Part shown: one piece after another, positions 22,891 through 32,428 of the stretch | How the letters are laid out: each line of letters opens with the position of its first letter | How positions within the stretch are numbered: position 1 is the first letter of the stretch | IMG/VR virus record: IMGVR_UViG_2925897562_000001 | Strand: one strand, 5' to 3' | DNA length: 64,000 nt | Source: a virus | Taxonomy: Duplodnaviria > Heunggongvirae > Uroviricota > Caudoviricetes | Made by a program: the position numbers and the translations under genes | Notes under the pieces: model-generated | The model's database searches: none | The model's input: only the letters and a program-made list of their open reading frames with translations | Told to the model about the DNA's origin: nothing

Positions 22891-23931
22891 TCTAACGCTC
22901 GACGAGTGACTTGTGATAGCGCCGACTCCAAGCGCGTAATCAAAGAACAATCGTTGATGCATCGCCAGCCTACCGTGCGTCTTCTCCCAATTATCGCGGT
23001 CACGCTCAATATCACGCTGGCATGACTGGCACAGAGGAATTGCGTAAATGTCATGCGCGCATAATCGACTATGACGAACGATATAAGGCGTAATGTGAGC
23101 GCCAGCTCCCGCCGCTCCACACCCACAGCATGGACGGGAAGCAACAAAGTCCATGTACTCAGGTAATTTTAGCGATTGCAGTTTTGGTATTTTGAAATGC
23201 GCCATGCCAGGGTCGGAGTCAACATCCACAGGGCATACTTTTGCACGCATCGGCGCGGCGCGTTCTTCCATCATCTGAACATATGCTGTAGCGCGATCGT
23301 CATACGGGCGAATATCCGCCTCTTTCAGAGGTCCGCTATCCTGCGTTGCGGCTTTCATCTTATTTATTGATATACGGCAAACTTCTTCCGGCATCAGGTG
23401 CATCATGTTGCGCATGAAAGCCCACCAGCACAGTTCCTGAATACTTAAATCATGGCCATCTGAAAGCCCCATTTCCTGACGGGCGACATCCAGTATCCAG
23501 TTAACGCGATTATTATGCAGCGTTTCTTTCAGCTCATTAAAACCACGCATCCGGTAATGGTTATCGTGATGCCAGCACAACAACACCGCGCTATTGTCTC
23601 GTTCTGCGTGGACAATATGGTTGTCACACCAGCTACGATCTGCGGCCTGGCATTGCCCCTCTTTCCTGCGCAACCACGCCACCAGCGCGTCAATTCCACC
23701 AATACGGCGAAACAGTTCATCGCTGTTAAAAAACGGCTGCAACGCCTCATTTGTTGCCATAGTTTGCTCGGAAACAACGAGGCCGTCGTCCATGTGCTCG
23801 ATTAACTCACGCGGCACCGGCTCCATAATAAATTTACGGCCAGCCTCCACCAGCTTTCTGACTTCCTGATCCACTTTGAATGTGGCGACGCCAAGCTCTT
23901 TTTGTACAAAGGGAGTAATTACGGCTTTCAC
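22888..23931 (-). CDS. hypothetical Cys-rich protein (pdcB-like)
   Basis: 347 aa, GTG start with SD AAAGGTG; C-terminal CxxC clusters (CCGCG..., CQSCQ); downstream of doc. Confidence 0.5.
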   Translation of the reverse strand: MKAVITPFVQKELGVATFKVDQEVRKLVEAGRKFIMEPVPRELIEHMDDGLVVSEQTMATNEALQPFFNSDELFRRIGGIDALVAWLRRKEGQCQAADRSWCDNHIVHAERDNSAVLLCWHHDNHYRMRGFNELKETLHNNRVNWILDVARQEMGLSDGHDLSIQELCWWAFMRNMMHLMPEEVCRISINKMKAATQDSGPLKEADIRPYDDRATAYVQMMEERAAPMRAKVCPVDVDSDPGMAHFKIPKLQSLKLPEYMDFVASRPCCGCGAAGAGAHITPYIVRHSRLCAHDIYAIPLCQSCQRDIERDRDNWEKTHGRLAMHQRLFFDYALGVGAITSHSSSVR

Positions 23932-23958
23932 ATCACACCTTTCATCACTGATTGGGCT

Positions 23959-24138
23959 TTATCTGCTGCCCGGCATTCTCTGTTTAAGCACAACCATTTC
24001 CTGACGGCATAACACAGCAATAGCAGTCCTGGCTCCAATTTGCTTACCAACCAGGTATTGCTTTACCTTGCGGCGACTCACGCCATCAAGAAGCATCTTT
24101 AACGCTTCACGGGACAATTTGTTGTATTTGCGTGCCAT
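23959..24138 (-). CDS. hypothetical small basic protein (pdcA-like)
   Basis: 59 aa from ATG 24138, 5 nt after the doc stop. Confidence 0.4.
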   Translation of the reverse strand: MARKYNKLSREALKMLLDGVSRRKVKQYLVGKQIGARTAIAVLCRQEMVVLKQRMPGSR

Positions 24139-24142
24139 TAAT

Positions 24143-24523
24143 CTACTCCGCAGAACCATACAATCTACGTAACGTGTCGGCGACAGAAGATACAGATATC
24201 TCGCCAGTCGCAGCGCCTACAGTAAGGTCTGCCAGTTCAGGTGAATCAAATACCTGCACCCCGTTACGGCGTAGAAATAGCAGCGCACTGTTTAGCGCGG
24301 TACGCTTATTGGCATCATTGAATATATGCCCTCTCGCTGTAGCCACCAGGTAGGTGGCGGAGACTTCGAAAAGGTCGGTGATCTCTTCGTAGGCAACTCT
24401 GGCCTGAACTCTCCCGATAATGGCCTCTGCCCTACCCGGATCTGACATTCCCGGCAGGCCGCCGTAGCGGCTTATATTCGCATCATGAAGCGCAATAAGT
24501 TCTTCCGGTGATATATGCCTCAT
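24143..24523 (-). CDS. doc: Doc toxin (Fic-fold kinase) of the phd-doc addiction module
   Basis: 126 aa [40 protein letters not shown]...; start overlaps phd stop. Confidence 0.95.
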
Positions 24524-24744
24524 TATCGGTTAACCAGTTCCTTGTTGGTGGAGTCCAGGGTGTCAAACAGGGATGCAAATTCAGCATCCAGCGCCGCTTT
24601 TTTGTAGGCTTCGAAAGTAGCCTTGCTGACAATTACTGCTGGCTCACGGCCTCTGCGGGTGATTTCAACCTCTTCCCCGGCTTCAACATTGTTGAGCACT
24701 TCAGAAAGGTTGCCACGCGCGGTACGGAAGTTAATGGATTGCAT
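24523..24744 (-). CDS. phd: Phd antitoxin
   Basis: 73 aa [49 protein letters not shown]... Confidence 0.95.
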
Positions 24745-24816
24745 AAACACCTCGTGTACTCGTTATGTGTACACAATTATAAACTTCACAGGCATAAAGC
24801 ACCAGCACTTTGCAGC

Positions 24817-25206
24817 TTAAATAACCGGACAATCATCAAATTCCCCACTTCGGGCATCATTGATGACATGAGTGATCACACCAAAAACAGCATTACTGCC
24901 CGTGTATCCATCGTCATCTACTGGTAACGCCTCTTTCTTCCCGGTGCTTAAATCCTCCAGGTGCTGGCGCGGATACTTCCTGTATCTCTTTATGCGATAT
25001 TCACCCTCCATAGCGCACACAAGCAGAGAACCATCAACCGGAGTAAGCGAGGAATCAACCACCAGCAAAGCACCCTGCAATATTCCCTCACGGTGATGGC
25101 TATCAGCTGCCCGCATGAAGTAGGTCGCTGAAGGATGTCTAATTATCTGCTGATCAAGAGAAATTCGGCTTTCAACATAATCCGCCGCAGGAGAAGGGAA
25201 GCCCAT
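24817..25206 (-). CDS. humD: HumD, UmuD'-like S24 peptidase-fold protein
   Basis: 129 aa; LexA box 19 bp upstream. Confidence 0.85.
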   Translation of the reverse strand: MGFPSPAADYVESRISLDQQIIRHPSATYFMRAADSHHREGILQGALLVVDSSLTPVDGSLLVCAMEGEYRIKRYRKYPRQHLEDLSTGKKEALPVDDDGYTGSNAVFGVITHVINDARSGEFDDCPVI

Positions 25207-25224
25207 AGCGTTTTACCTCAATGA

Positions 25225-25244
25225 TACTGTTTATTCATACAGTA
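25225..25244. promoter_or_regulatory. LexA (SOS) box upstream of humD
   Basis: TACTGTTTATTCATACAGTA (CTGT-N8-ACAG palindrome). Confidence 0.7.
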
Positions 25245-25329
25245 TACATTGAAAAGGCATAGTTTGTGAAAGCGGGGTTTGTAGGCGCGCCACGCTGGGG
25301 GCTAATCACATTTCTCCCCCATCTTGCCG

Positions 25330-25581
25330 TTATTTTTTTGGTGCATCCTCGTTCTGATACACCGGATCGCTCCCTTTTGGCAACTGGAGGCTTAACTGCC
25401 GGTAGTGCCGTAGCCGTTCCATGAAATAGGCGCGCAGGTTTTCCGGTTGCTCACGGGCCACCTGCTCTGCAATCACAGGTATATTCAGCCGTTCTTTGTA
25501 AGCAACGCCGCTGGCGGCAAGGTCTACGTTCACCTTGTCTCGCTCTTCCTGGCTTTTAGCTGCTATATTTCGATCTGACAC
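25330..25581 (-). CDS. hot: Hot, homologue of DNA polymerase III theta subunit
   Basis: 83 aa; [43 protein letters not shown] closely parallels E. coli HolE. Confidence 0.85.
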   Translation of the reverse strand: MSDRNIAAKSQEERDKVNVDLAASGVAYKERLNIPVIAEQVAREQPENLRAYFMERLRHYRQLSLQLPKGSDPVYQNEDAPKK

Positions 25582-25613
25582 AAGAAACCTCCAGGAGTTA
25601 GTGGATCAGGCAC

Positions 25614-25964
25614 ATGCACAATAACGTTCTCAATGTTAGCCGTTCAATTCAGACAATCAGAGACTGGACCAGTGTGGTGGCATCAATCCCATTGCGGAAC
25701 AGCATAGACGAACTGCAAATTCGTGTATTGAATCCGAATCAGGCTAATAAGCAATTGCGCTTTATTTTGACGCTGAAAAGTGAAACAGAGGGGATAAAGC
25801 ACAGCGTAAAAGTGTTTTCTGAGGCCATTCTGCTTAATGGGAAGCTCCGGCATCTGGTAAGGCCAGAACGTCAATATCCTGACGTCCTGGCGCGTGAAAA
25901 AGACCTTCTTTCTGAAGTTCAGGATAGGGTGATCGATTTCGTCAAATGCTATCCCCTGCATTGA
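25614..25964 (+). CDS. hypothetical protein (weak call)
   Basis: 116 aa plus-strand ORF in a minus-strand gene run; protein-like composition but no SD checked. Confidence 0.25.
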   Translation: MHNNVLNVSRSIQTIRDWTSVVASIPLRNSIDELQIRVLNPNQANKQLRFILTLKSETEGIKHSVKVFSEAILLNGKLRHLVRPERQYPDVLAREKDLLSEVQDRVIDFVKCYPLH

Positions 25965-26233
25965 GGGCAGGTGTTCCCTTCCGCAAAGTAGGGAAAATTG
26001 CTATCAAGTTCATCACACCATCTGCGTTGGTCGTAGCACCAAAACGCCTCCCACGGTGCACGGAAATACTTCATCCACCAGGACACTCGATCAGGTATAT
26101 CTGCTGGTGGCAGTTCTTCTGGCAATAATTTGCCTGATAATTCCCTTTCCGCCCGCGACAGCATTTTTTTGAGGCTCGCGTTCTCTTTTTCAAGCTCATC
26201 TACGCGCACCTGTAATTCAGCTTTCGTTGGCAT
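25949..26233 (-). CDS. hypothetical small protein with C-terminal CxxC (lxr-like)
   Basis: 94 aa from ATG 26233 (MPTKAELQVRVDELEKENASLKK...), coiled coil, ends ...CPQCRG. Confidence 0.4.
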   Translation of the reverse strand: MPTKAELQVRVDELEKENASLKKMLSRAERELSGKLLPEELPPADIPDRVSWWMKYFRAPWEAFWCYDQRRWCDELDSNFPYFAEGNTCPQCRG

Positions 26234-27155
26234 GGTCCACCTCATGCTTTTCAGCCACCAGCGGCAATAAAGCCCTGGCCATCTTATGAACCAATAGTGC
26301 ATCAATAATGCCAAGCGTATGCCCCGGCTTAATGTTTAATGCCGCCTCAAGGTGACACCTTTCCAGGTCACTTTTCTCGGCTTGTTTATGATGATCTGGT
26401 GTAATAACGTCGCCCAAAACACGGCTAATTCTTTCTCGTAATTGCTGGGTGCCAGCACACTTGATCGCTGTATCGTGGAGACGGTTAACCAGTTCGCGAT
26501 AAACATGCGGCTTAATGCGGATACGTTCACCGGTGACGCCCTTTCCTGGCGCTGGCACCGAACTATCCGGAATATCCGGATAGTTGCCAGCCTCGTAAGC
26601 TACCCACAGCCAGTGCATGAATGTTTCAGTGGACACACAACCACAGTCCACATCGATTTTCCCGCGTTGCTGTTCCAGCCATTGCCCAAAATCCAACCTG
26701 TAAGTCTTACTTTCAAGTTCATCACCATTGAACTCGACTTTCTGCGACGCTATGAGAGCTGATTCGTATTGTTCGCGAGTGACAACTGACTGGTATTCAT
26801 CGCTATCAAGGCCACCAATTGGAAGCTCAATCTCACAACAAAAATTGCGCCCAAAGAAAGTGTCTTTTTTGTGGTCTGAGCCAAAAGCAAAAGTCGCGCA
26901 TGGTGCCATTAAATTGACACTGGGTAGGTAACAATAACTCATTCCATCAGGCCACCCGCCGCACTTAGGCAGCTCCTTCACTAACAAGTCGATAAGCTTC
27001 ATTTTTTTATCATCTTTGCAAGCCGCCAAAGCCATTTGGGCAAGTGCCAATACTTCATCTGCCGTATATCCAGCACCGTGACCATACATTTCGATACGGG
27101 AAATAATCTCTGATATACGCTCTTCAGTGATTCTGGTCATTTCTTTTTGCGCCAT
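26217..27155 (-). CDS. hypothetical protein
   Basis: 312 aa ORF; Cys-rich, no motif recognised. Confidence 0.5.
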   Translation of the reverse strand: MAQKEMTRITEERISEIISRIEMYGHGAGYTADEVLALAQMALAACKDDKKMKLIDLLVKELPKCGGWPDGMSYCYLPSVNLMAPCATFAFGSDHKKDTFFGRNFCCEIELPIGGLDSDEYQSVVTREQYESALIASQKVEFNGDELESKTYRLDFGQWLEQQRGKIDVDCGCVSTETFMHWLWVAYEAGNYPDIPDSSVPAPGKGVTGERIRIKPHVYRELVNRLHDTAIKCAGTQQLRERISRVLGDVITPDHHKQAEKSDLERCHLEAALNIKPGHTLGIIDALLVHKMARALLPLVAEKHEVDHANES

Positions 27156-27511
27156 TTCTTTTCACATTCCTTAGTCCATTTTTCAATGTTCATTTTGGCA
27201 ATATCGGTCATTCCATCACCTAAGAAATACTTTCTCCGGTATGTCTTGCACTTAAACCACACTACAACAGCCACCAGCCAGAAAATAAAAGGCCATACAG
27301 CAATACCAACGACTGCCGCGATAAAGCTCAATATCCATAAATGAAGCTCTCCAACTTCTGTTTCCGGCAATATTCTTAAAGAATTAAACAGTAGGCTGAA
27401 CGCATGGTCGTATGCATTGGCAGTATAAGACATGCAATCCATATAATTAAAGTCATAGCCTGCGGCTGCCGCCCATAATGGGCGGTCAAGAAAATGTTTT
27501 AGTGTCATCAT
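27137..27511 (-). CDS. hypothetical membrane protein
   Basis: 124 aa, two predicted TM helices (LHLWILSFIAAVVGIAVWPFIFWLVAVVVWF), Lys-rich tail. Confidence 0.45.
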   Translation of the reverse strand: MMTLKHFLDRPLWAAAAGYDFNYMDCMSYTANAYDHAFSLLFNSLRILPETEVGELHLWILSFIAAVVGIAVWPFIFWLVAVVVWFKCKTYRRKYFLGDGMTDIAKMNIEKWTKECEKKWRKKK

Positions 27512-27517
27512 ATAAAT

Positions 27518-27811
27518 TTAAGGTTCAGACCAGTTATCTTCAATAGCAATGCTTAATCTTTGTAGCCATTCTGCTAATTTCAGCATTGCTTCTCTTTCGC
27601 TTAAACCACGAGGAAAATCATCAAGCGAAATTGTTGGCTTGAAGCCCCCGTAATTATCCATTTCAACTGTCAGATTTTGCTCCAGCACGGTATTCCTTAC
27701 GCGGCTATTGTGCCGAAGCAAATATACTGAACGTGATTTATTGGTTTTATGGTCAAACTGATATTCGGTAAGTATCATCTGGCTTTTGCCATGACTATTA
27801 CCTCTCCACAT
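27518..27811 (-). CDS. hypothetical protein
   Basis: 97 aa from ATG 27811 (MWRGNSHGKSQ...) with SD GAGG. Confidence 0.4.
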   Translation of the reverse strand: MWRGNSHGKSQMILTEYQFDHKTNKSRSVYLLRHNSRVRNTVLEQNLTVEMDNYGGFKPTISLDDFPRGLSEREAMLKLAEWLQRLSIAIEDNWSEP

Positions 27812-27818
27812 ACTTACC

Positions 27819-27941
27819 TCACTTAATAAAACAACTCCATGCGTAGTTGATGATTTTTTCCCACGTAATATAAATCTGCACTCCGGCAGTAAAACCAAAG
27901 CCAACAATTGCTGAAAAAATCAAAACATTTACTTTTGACAT
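27819..27941 (-). CDS. putative small membrane peptide (40 aa)
   Basis: own translation MSKVNVLIFSAIVGFGFTAGVQIYITWEKIINYAWSCFIK; stop 8 nt before next start. Confidence 0.3.
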   Translation of the reverse strand: MSKVNVLIFSAIVGFGFTAGVQIYITWEKIINYAWSCFIK

Positions 27942-27989
27942 TATAAATTTTCTCTCGGTGTCGTAGGTGATAGCACCATAATTGATAAT

Positions 27990-28223
27990 TTAGTGAGTTA
28001 GCAGTTCCATTTTTTGGATGATTTCCGCATGAGCATCATCGTTATCAACACTTAACTCGTTTAATGCCTCTCGCACTACATCAACTTCTTCAGGCTGAAA
28101 GAAGTCGTCGCGGTAATCACCAAATAGAACCGAAACCAGCCTGCCACCAGCAACATCAAGATTGGCGCTAACAGGTGGCTCTTTGCCATCCTCAAATTCG
28201 ACAACAAAAGTTAATTTTCCCAT
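27990..28223 (-). CDS. hypothetical acidic protein
   Basis: 77 aa ORF, Asp/Glu-rich. Confidence 0.45.
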   Translation of the reverse strand: MGKLTFVVEFEDGKEPPVSANLDVAGGRLVSVLFGDYRDDFFQPEEVDVVREALNELSVDNDDAHAEIIQKMELLTH

Positions 28224-28225
28224 CG

Positions 28226-28300
28226 TTACCCCCAGAAGATAAAAATAGCGGCAATCGCCATAGCTACGCCTACAATCGCAAATGCTTCAGGCCAGCTCAT
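28226..28300 (-). CDS. putative small hydrophobic peptide (24 aa)
   Basis: own translation MSWPEAFAIVGVAMAIAAIFIFWG; ATG overlaps upstream stop (TAATG), stop 2 nt before next ATG. Confidence 0.3.
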   Translation of the reverse strand: MSWPEAFAIVGVAMAIAAIFIFWG

Positions 28301-28632
28301 TACCGCACCTCAAGTCTCCATGCCGCCTGACCAATCCGGCTGGCATGGGTATCTTTGGATACTGTTCCGTCTTTAGCCAGCTCCATAAGAATTTTGCGCA
28401 AATCTGCCGAGCGCCATTCTTCATCAGGAAATTCCTTCTCCATTGCCAACCGCAGATTCCAAGTTGCTATCGTGAATGGATATTCACCGCCGAGAGCTTT
28501 CTCTTGTAGGGCAGCACGGGAACGCATCACCTGCAAAACCTTCTCTTTTACATCCATCATTTCGCCTCCTGCGGCGGTTCTGGTAGCGGCATCCAGTGTG
28601 ATGGAATCCACGACGCACCAGGAATTATCCAA
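28300..28632 (-). CDS. hypothetical protein
   Basis: 110 aa ORF, tightly packed in operon. Confidence 0.45.
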   Translation of the reverse strand: MDNSWCVVDSITLDAATRTAAGGEMMDVKEKVLQVMRSRAALQEKALGGEYPFTIATWNLRLAMEKEFPDEEWRSADLRKILMELAKDGTVSKDTHASRIGQAAWRLEVR

Positions 28633-29438
28633 CCATCATTAGCGTCAGGATGTCCCGGTATGTAAGTCGCCCACTTCATTCGCCAGTCACCTTTCCCGTC
28701 AAACTCCCTGGCAACAAGAACAGCTGTTTTGCTATCCGGCATTCGCTCACTACAGCTTATCCAATCATCCAGAGTTACCGGAGAATTGCCATTTACCAAG
28801 TCAGCTCGAACATATAGCGTGTCATCATGGTGCTGATTGTGGCTGCACCACGTTAATTCGCTTAACTCGCCATCTTCTGGCCATACTCCAGCCGTTTGCA
28901 GCCAGATATGGGCTGGCGCATCTTTGCAAGGTGTATTAACTGGCAACTTGTAAGTTTGGCTTACAGGTTCGGCACCATGAAGCATGGCGTCGCTCCGCTC
29001 TATGCCATCCAGCGCGATTCGCAGTGCATGAATTGTGGTAGAGCTATCGTTTGGGGCTATTCCATATCGCTCGAATACAGCTAAATGGTTGCGCATAATC
29101 TCAGGCGTAAGCTCTTTGTAAGCATAAGCAAGAGGCTCTGATGCATTATCCGGCACAACCGACGCAGGCGCGGCAGCATAAACAGGAATAACGTCCGCTT
29201 GCTCTTTATTGCTTTCATCCGTTAAAGCCCAGAATAATTTCCCGGCCGGATGTTTGAAAATATAAGCAACTGGCTCTGCTTCCAGCGATGCCAGCGTAAT
29301 TTCAGCCAGCTTGAGGTGAATAACCGCCGCATCATAAGCGCCTGGGACTCTTCCCACCGCAACGCGAAGAACCTCAATATTCTTCTTAGCCTGCTCAATC
29401 AACTGCTCTTTGGTGAACTCTTTGGTAATCGTGATCAT
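28557..29438 (-). CDS. hypothetical phage protein with DUF551-like C-terminus
   Basis: 293 aa; C-terminal WISCSERMP...WIPSHWMPLPEPP resembles the phage DUF551 signature (from memory). Confidence 0.5.
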   Translation of the reverse strand: MITITKEFTKEQLIEQAKKNIEVLRVAVGRVPGAYDAAVIHLKLAEITLASLEAEPVAYIFKHPAGKLFWALTDESNKEQADVIPVYAAAPASVVPDNASEPLAYAYKELTPEIMRNHLAVFERYGIAPNDSSTTIHALRIALDGIERSDAMLHGAEPVSQTYKLPVNTPCKDAPAHIWLQTAGVWPEDGELSELTWCSHNQHHDDTLYVRADLVNGNSPVTLDDWISCSERMPDSKTAVLVAREFDGKGDWRMKWATYIPGHPDANDGWIIPGASWIPSHWMPLPEPPQEAK

Positions 29439-29950
29439 GCCGCGTTTCCTTCTTTCTTATTAACAATTACACCGTCATATATTTCATTAAGGTGCCCTCT
29501 CAACTCCATGCGCCTTAATGCAGATAACATGTAATCGCATTCAACCTGCTTATTTCCAGTAAATGGCTTATCGTCAGGATTACCCCAACAGCAATTACCC
29601 TTGGGCCACCCATGTACTTTCCGTACTCTTCCGTTAACAACGTGAAGTAATCCCCAGCCAGGTGGTAAATCCTCAATTGAAATAATTCCCGGCTCACTAA
29701 TAAAGAATCGCCAGTCGCCCATTCCAAGAGATGGATTTTTACGAAAACGCTTTTTTCTATCTGCCAACAAGTCAGCACGAGAACATTTCGCCTCTATCAG
29801 GCATGATGCTGAATTTCTGAATCCCATAGCATCTGGCTGTTCTCCGGTACTGGTTACAGCTATAAAGCGGTCATGAAAACAAACCTTGAACCCGTTGCGC
29901 TTAAGGAACTTGTACGCAATCTGACAGAGTTCGCGGTGTGTTAACGCCAT
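29435..29950 (-). CDS. putative PD-(D/E)xK-fold nuclease-like protein
   Basis: 171 aa from ATG 29950 with SD AAGGAG; motif EQPDAMGF...CLIEAKCS. Confidence 0.45.
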   Translation of the reverse strand: MALTHRELCQIAYKFLKRNGFKVCFHDRFIAVTSTGEQPDAMGFRNSASCLIEAKCSRADLLADRKKRFRKNPSLGMGDWRFFISEPGIISIEDLPPGWGLLHVVNGRVRKVHGWPKGNCCWGNPDDKPFTGNKQVECDYMLSALRRMELRGHLNEIYDGVIVNKKEGNAA

Positions 29951-29951
29951 A

Positions 29952-30140
29952 TCACTCTCCTTTAGTGCGCAAGTGGTTTTTCCAGCGGTTTTGCGCCGCG
30001 CTGGGCTTTTTGCAAAAACCACAATCCATCATCCCGTAATATTTCATCAACCCCATCCGTCGGTTGCTGAGTCTCACCCACTGCCAGACGCCAGGAGCGT
30101 TTCTACGAACTAACAGAATCTTTGCTTTACGGTTTTTCAT
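29952..30140 (-). CDS. small Arg/Lys-rich protein (62 aa), paralogue of next ORF
   Basis: MKNRKAKILLVRRNAPGVWQWVRL...; first 7 codons identical to the 30137..30313 ORF. Confidence 0.3.
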   Translation of the reverse strand: MKNRKAKILLVRRNAPGVWQWVRLSNRRMGLMKYYGMMDCGFCKKPSAAQNRWKNHLRTKGE

Positions 30141-30313
30141 CTTACAGCGTACCCTTTCTTCCGCCTGTTCTGTGACGCAGTAGGCTTACGCTTTGCGGCA
30201 AAAGCCACCTGACCAAATGGATGGAGTACCGCTATCTTATGGTTGCTAATAACCAGCTCCACCACACGCACAGGTCGCTGTAAAAAAAGTCGTTTTGCCT
30301 TACGGTTTTTCAT
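30137..30313 (-). CDS. small Arg/Lys-rich protein (58 aa)
   Basis: own translation MKNRKAKRLFLQRPVRVVELVISNHKIAVLHPFGQVAFAAKRKPTASQNRRKKGYAVR; stop overlaps next ATG. Confidence 0.3.
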   Translation of the reverse strand: MKNRKAKRLFLQRPVRVVELVISNHKIAVLHPFGQVAFAAKRKPTASQNRRKKGYAVR

Positions 30314-30405
30314 CGCTTTGCTCTCCTGCGTCTCTTTGCTGCTCGTCGTGCCGCTGCAATACCGGTATGGCGGCGCTTTGGTGCCGGGATGATGTTGTCA
30401 GCCAT
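30310..30405 (-). CDS. small Arg-rich peptide (31 aa)
   Basis: own translation MADNIIPAPKRRHTGIAAARRAAKRRRRAKR; ATGA overlap with next ORF; no clear SD. Confidence 0.2.
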   Translation of the reverse strand: MADNIIPAPKRRHTGIAAARRAAKRRRRAKR

Positions 30406-30485
30406 CAGGACATGTGGCTTTGCAATTAGCGCAGAAGCCCAAAAACGAGTCGGGTACGGTAACAAGCCGATACATGCCACACGCA

Positions 30486-31175
30486 CTACTCACCTCCGTT
30501 GATGCGAATGCCAGCGGCACGGGAATCATTCCATCGCTTTACTTCTTCACGAATTACGTCAATGCATTCTTTCGAATCCATTAGGTAATCTTCATCAAAA
30601 AGCCTTTCCTGTTCGTTTTCTATCGCAACAATGATTGCTTCAACTAACTTTTGTGCCTGAGAACCACTTTCTAACTCTGCAATGCGCTTCTCTGCGGCTT
30701 CCAGCTTCTCGCGCATATCGTCAACGTACTCGACCAGAGATCCGCCAGCAGGAATTTCGCACTCCTCGACCAGTTGGAAGTAGATATCAGCTGCGGCCCG
30801 TGTGTTGCTATGCCTAGCGTCGCCCATCTCACCTTCACGAAGAGCATCGCGTTCGGCGGTAAGATTGGCTATTTTGCTGTCTTTGCCTTCCAGCTCAACG
30901 CGAAGCCTCCCTACCGTTAGCGCAATTTCCTCGTTCTCCTGGTCGCGGGATTTGATGTATTGCTGGTTCCTTTCCCGTTCATCCAGTAGTGCCAGCACGG
31001 TTTCTGGTCCGGCCAGAAATTTGAAGGCGTTGAGCGCATCAATATCCACACCGTAATCTTTAAGTTCCTGTTCACTTAACAAATCATCATCAGCTGGCAA
31101 CATTAACAGGCGTTCCATTGCTGGAATTGCACGTTCCGCCGCCTCACGCAGTGCCTGATAATCAATCTTGCTCAC
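30486..31175 (-). CDS. hypothetical coiled-coil protein
   Basis: 229 aa from GTG 31175 with SD AAGGAGG; Glu/Leu-rich heptads. Confidence 0.5.
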   Translation of the reverse strand: MSKIDYQALREAAERAIPAMERLLMLPADDDLLSEQELKDYGVDIDALNAFKFLAGPETVLALLDERERNQQYIKSRDQENEEIALTVGRLRVELEGKDSKIANLTAERDALREGEMGDARHSNTRAAADIYFQLVEECEIPAGGSLVEYVDDMREKLEAAEKRIAELESGSQAQKLVEAIIVAIENEQERLFDEDYLMDSKECIDVIREEVKRWNDSRAAGIRINGGE

Positions 31176-31411
31176 TGGTTGCCTCCTTTGCGGAGTTGCG
31201 CTTCGATGCACGAAAAAAAAGACTCCCGAGTATGACTGTTAAGAGCTGGTGCGAACGCCGCGTTAAGAACGGCAGCATCACAGCCGTCATCAATATAGAG
31301 CGCAATTTTTTTCTCCAGGCGCGCTTTGGCTTCCTGCAACTGCATACCCCGGCACGCACGCGGGATATAATCAGCAATTTGAGCGATAGCTTTTTCGTTC
31401 TGTTTAAACAT
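31172..31411 (-). CDS. hypothetical protein
   Basis: 79 aa ORF overlapping neighbours by 4-8 bp. Confidence 0.45.
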   Translation of the reverse strand: MFKQNEKAIAQIADYIPRACRGMQLQEAKARLEKKIALYIDDGCDAAVLNAAFAPALNSHTRESFFSCIEAQLRKGGNQ

Positions 31412-31607
31412 GCTTCACCTCGATAGGCTTGATGGTGTCTAACAGCAGTCGACGGCGCGTATTTTCTGCAAAGTGGCGGCGTCCGGTATCTTTGTGGTAA
31501 AACTCATTTTTGCCGACGACCCACATCCGCTCTGTTTGGTGCAGTTTTTTTACCTGCGGACCGTCTTTGGTGATCACGGTGCCGGTATGGGTTTTTACGA
31601 TTGTCAT
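31404..31607 (-). CDS. hypothetical protein
   Basis: 67 aa ORF. Confidence 0.4.
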   Translation of the reverse strand: MTIVKTHTGTVITKDGPQVKKLHQTERMWVVGKNEFYHKDTGRRHFAENTRRRLLLDTIKPIEVKHV

Positions 31608-31690
31608 GCCACTACCTATTCGAACAGATGAACGAGACAGGCTGATGCTCGTCCACCTGAAAAACTGACGATTTGATGCATACTCACGGT

Positions 31691-32419
31691 TTATTCCTGA
31701 ATGCGCTTAAACTCGATTACCCACACCCAGGGATTAGCGTTCCAGCTTTCTTCACCATAGATGGATTCCCACAGGCGCTGGAACGCAACCTTGGCCATTG
31801 CGAAATCCCCCTTGGGAGTAAGGAATGTTCCCGGGTGATCAGGAAGCAAACTTCCAGCAGGCGGAACGCCCTCAGCCCTTGCATCGCATTCGCTGATATC
31901 GTTCAACCGTTCAACGCGCACGTTGGTAATTTCCAACAGAATGCGTGATGCCCATCGCGGCATGTGAATTGATGGACGCCACCCACCATCAAACTTTTCA
32001 TTCACAGTGTGAGGTTTCCAGTCGGCATCATCGGGTATCGACCATAAGCCGTAATCACCAGGTTTTTGCTCGCAACTGGCCCGATAAATCCTTGCTGCGT
32101 TCTTCTCATCGCCACGACAAAGGTTGTCGTTCCAGTCCACACTGCAACCATCCTCATTGCCTAATATCGCCCATGTTTCACGAACCCAAATTCGATCGCC
32201 GACGATACCAAAGGGGCAATTGAAAACACTGCTTACACCATCAGCCCCGTACCACTGAAAACCTGCACCAATTTCCCTAACCATCACTGGTGCTTCTGGA
32301 CCAACTTCCGCAGGCTGATTTTTCATTATCCGCCGCGTCTGCGTTTTCCTTCCTTCGAGGATGGCTCGGACCATCTCATCGTTGAAAATCATGCCGCGCT
32401 CTTTCACTTCGCCTTTCAT
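31691..32419 (-). CDS. hypothetical protein
   Basis: 242 aa, ATG 32419 with SD GGGGGA. Confidence 0.5.
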   Translation of the reverse strand: MKGEVKERGMIFNDEMVRAILEGRKTQTRRIMKNQPAEVGPEAPVMVREIGAGFQWYGADGVSSVFNCPFGIVGDRIWVRETWAILGNEDGCSVDWNDNLCRGDEKNAARIYRASCEQKPGDYGLWSIPDDADWKPHTVNEKFDGGWRPSIHMPRWASRILLEITNVRVERLNDISECDARAEGVPPAGSLLPDHPGTFLTPKGDFAMAKVAFQRLWESIYGEESWNANPWVWVIEFKRIQE

Positions 32420-32428
32420 GCATCCCCC

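Noticed and set aside
25683-25961. Minus-strand 92-aa ORF between hot and the lxr-like gene
   Set aside because: Low-complexity Phe/Leu-rich translation; the overlapping plus-strand ORF is itself only weakly supported
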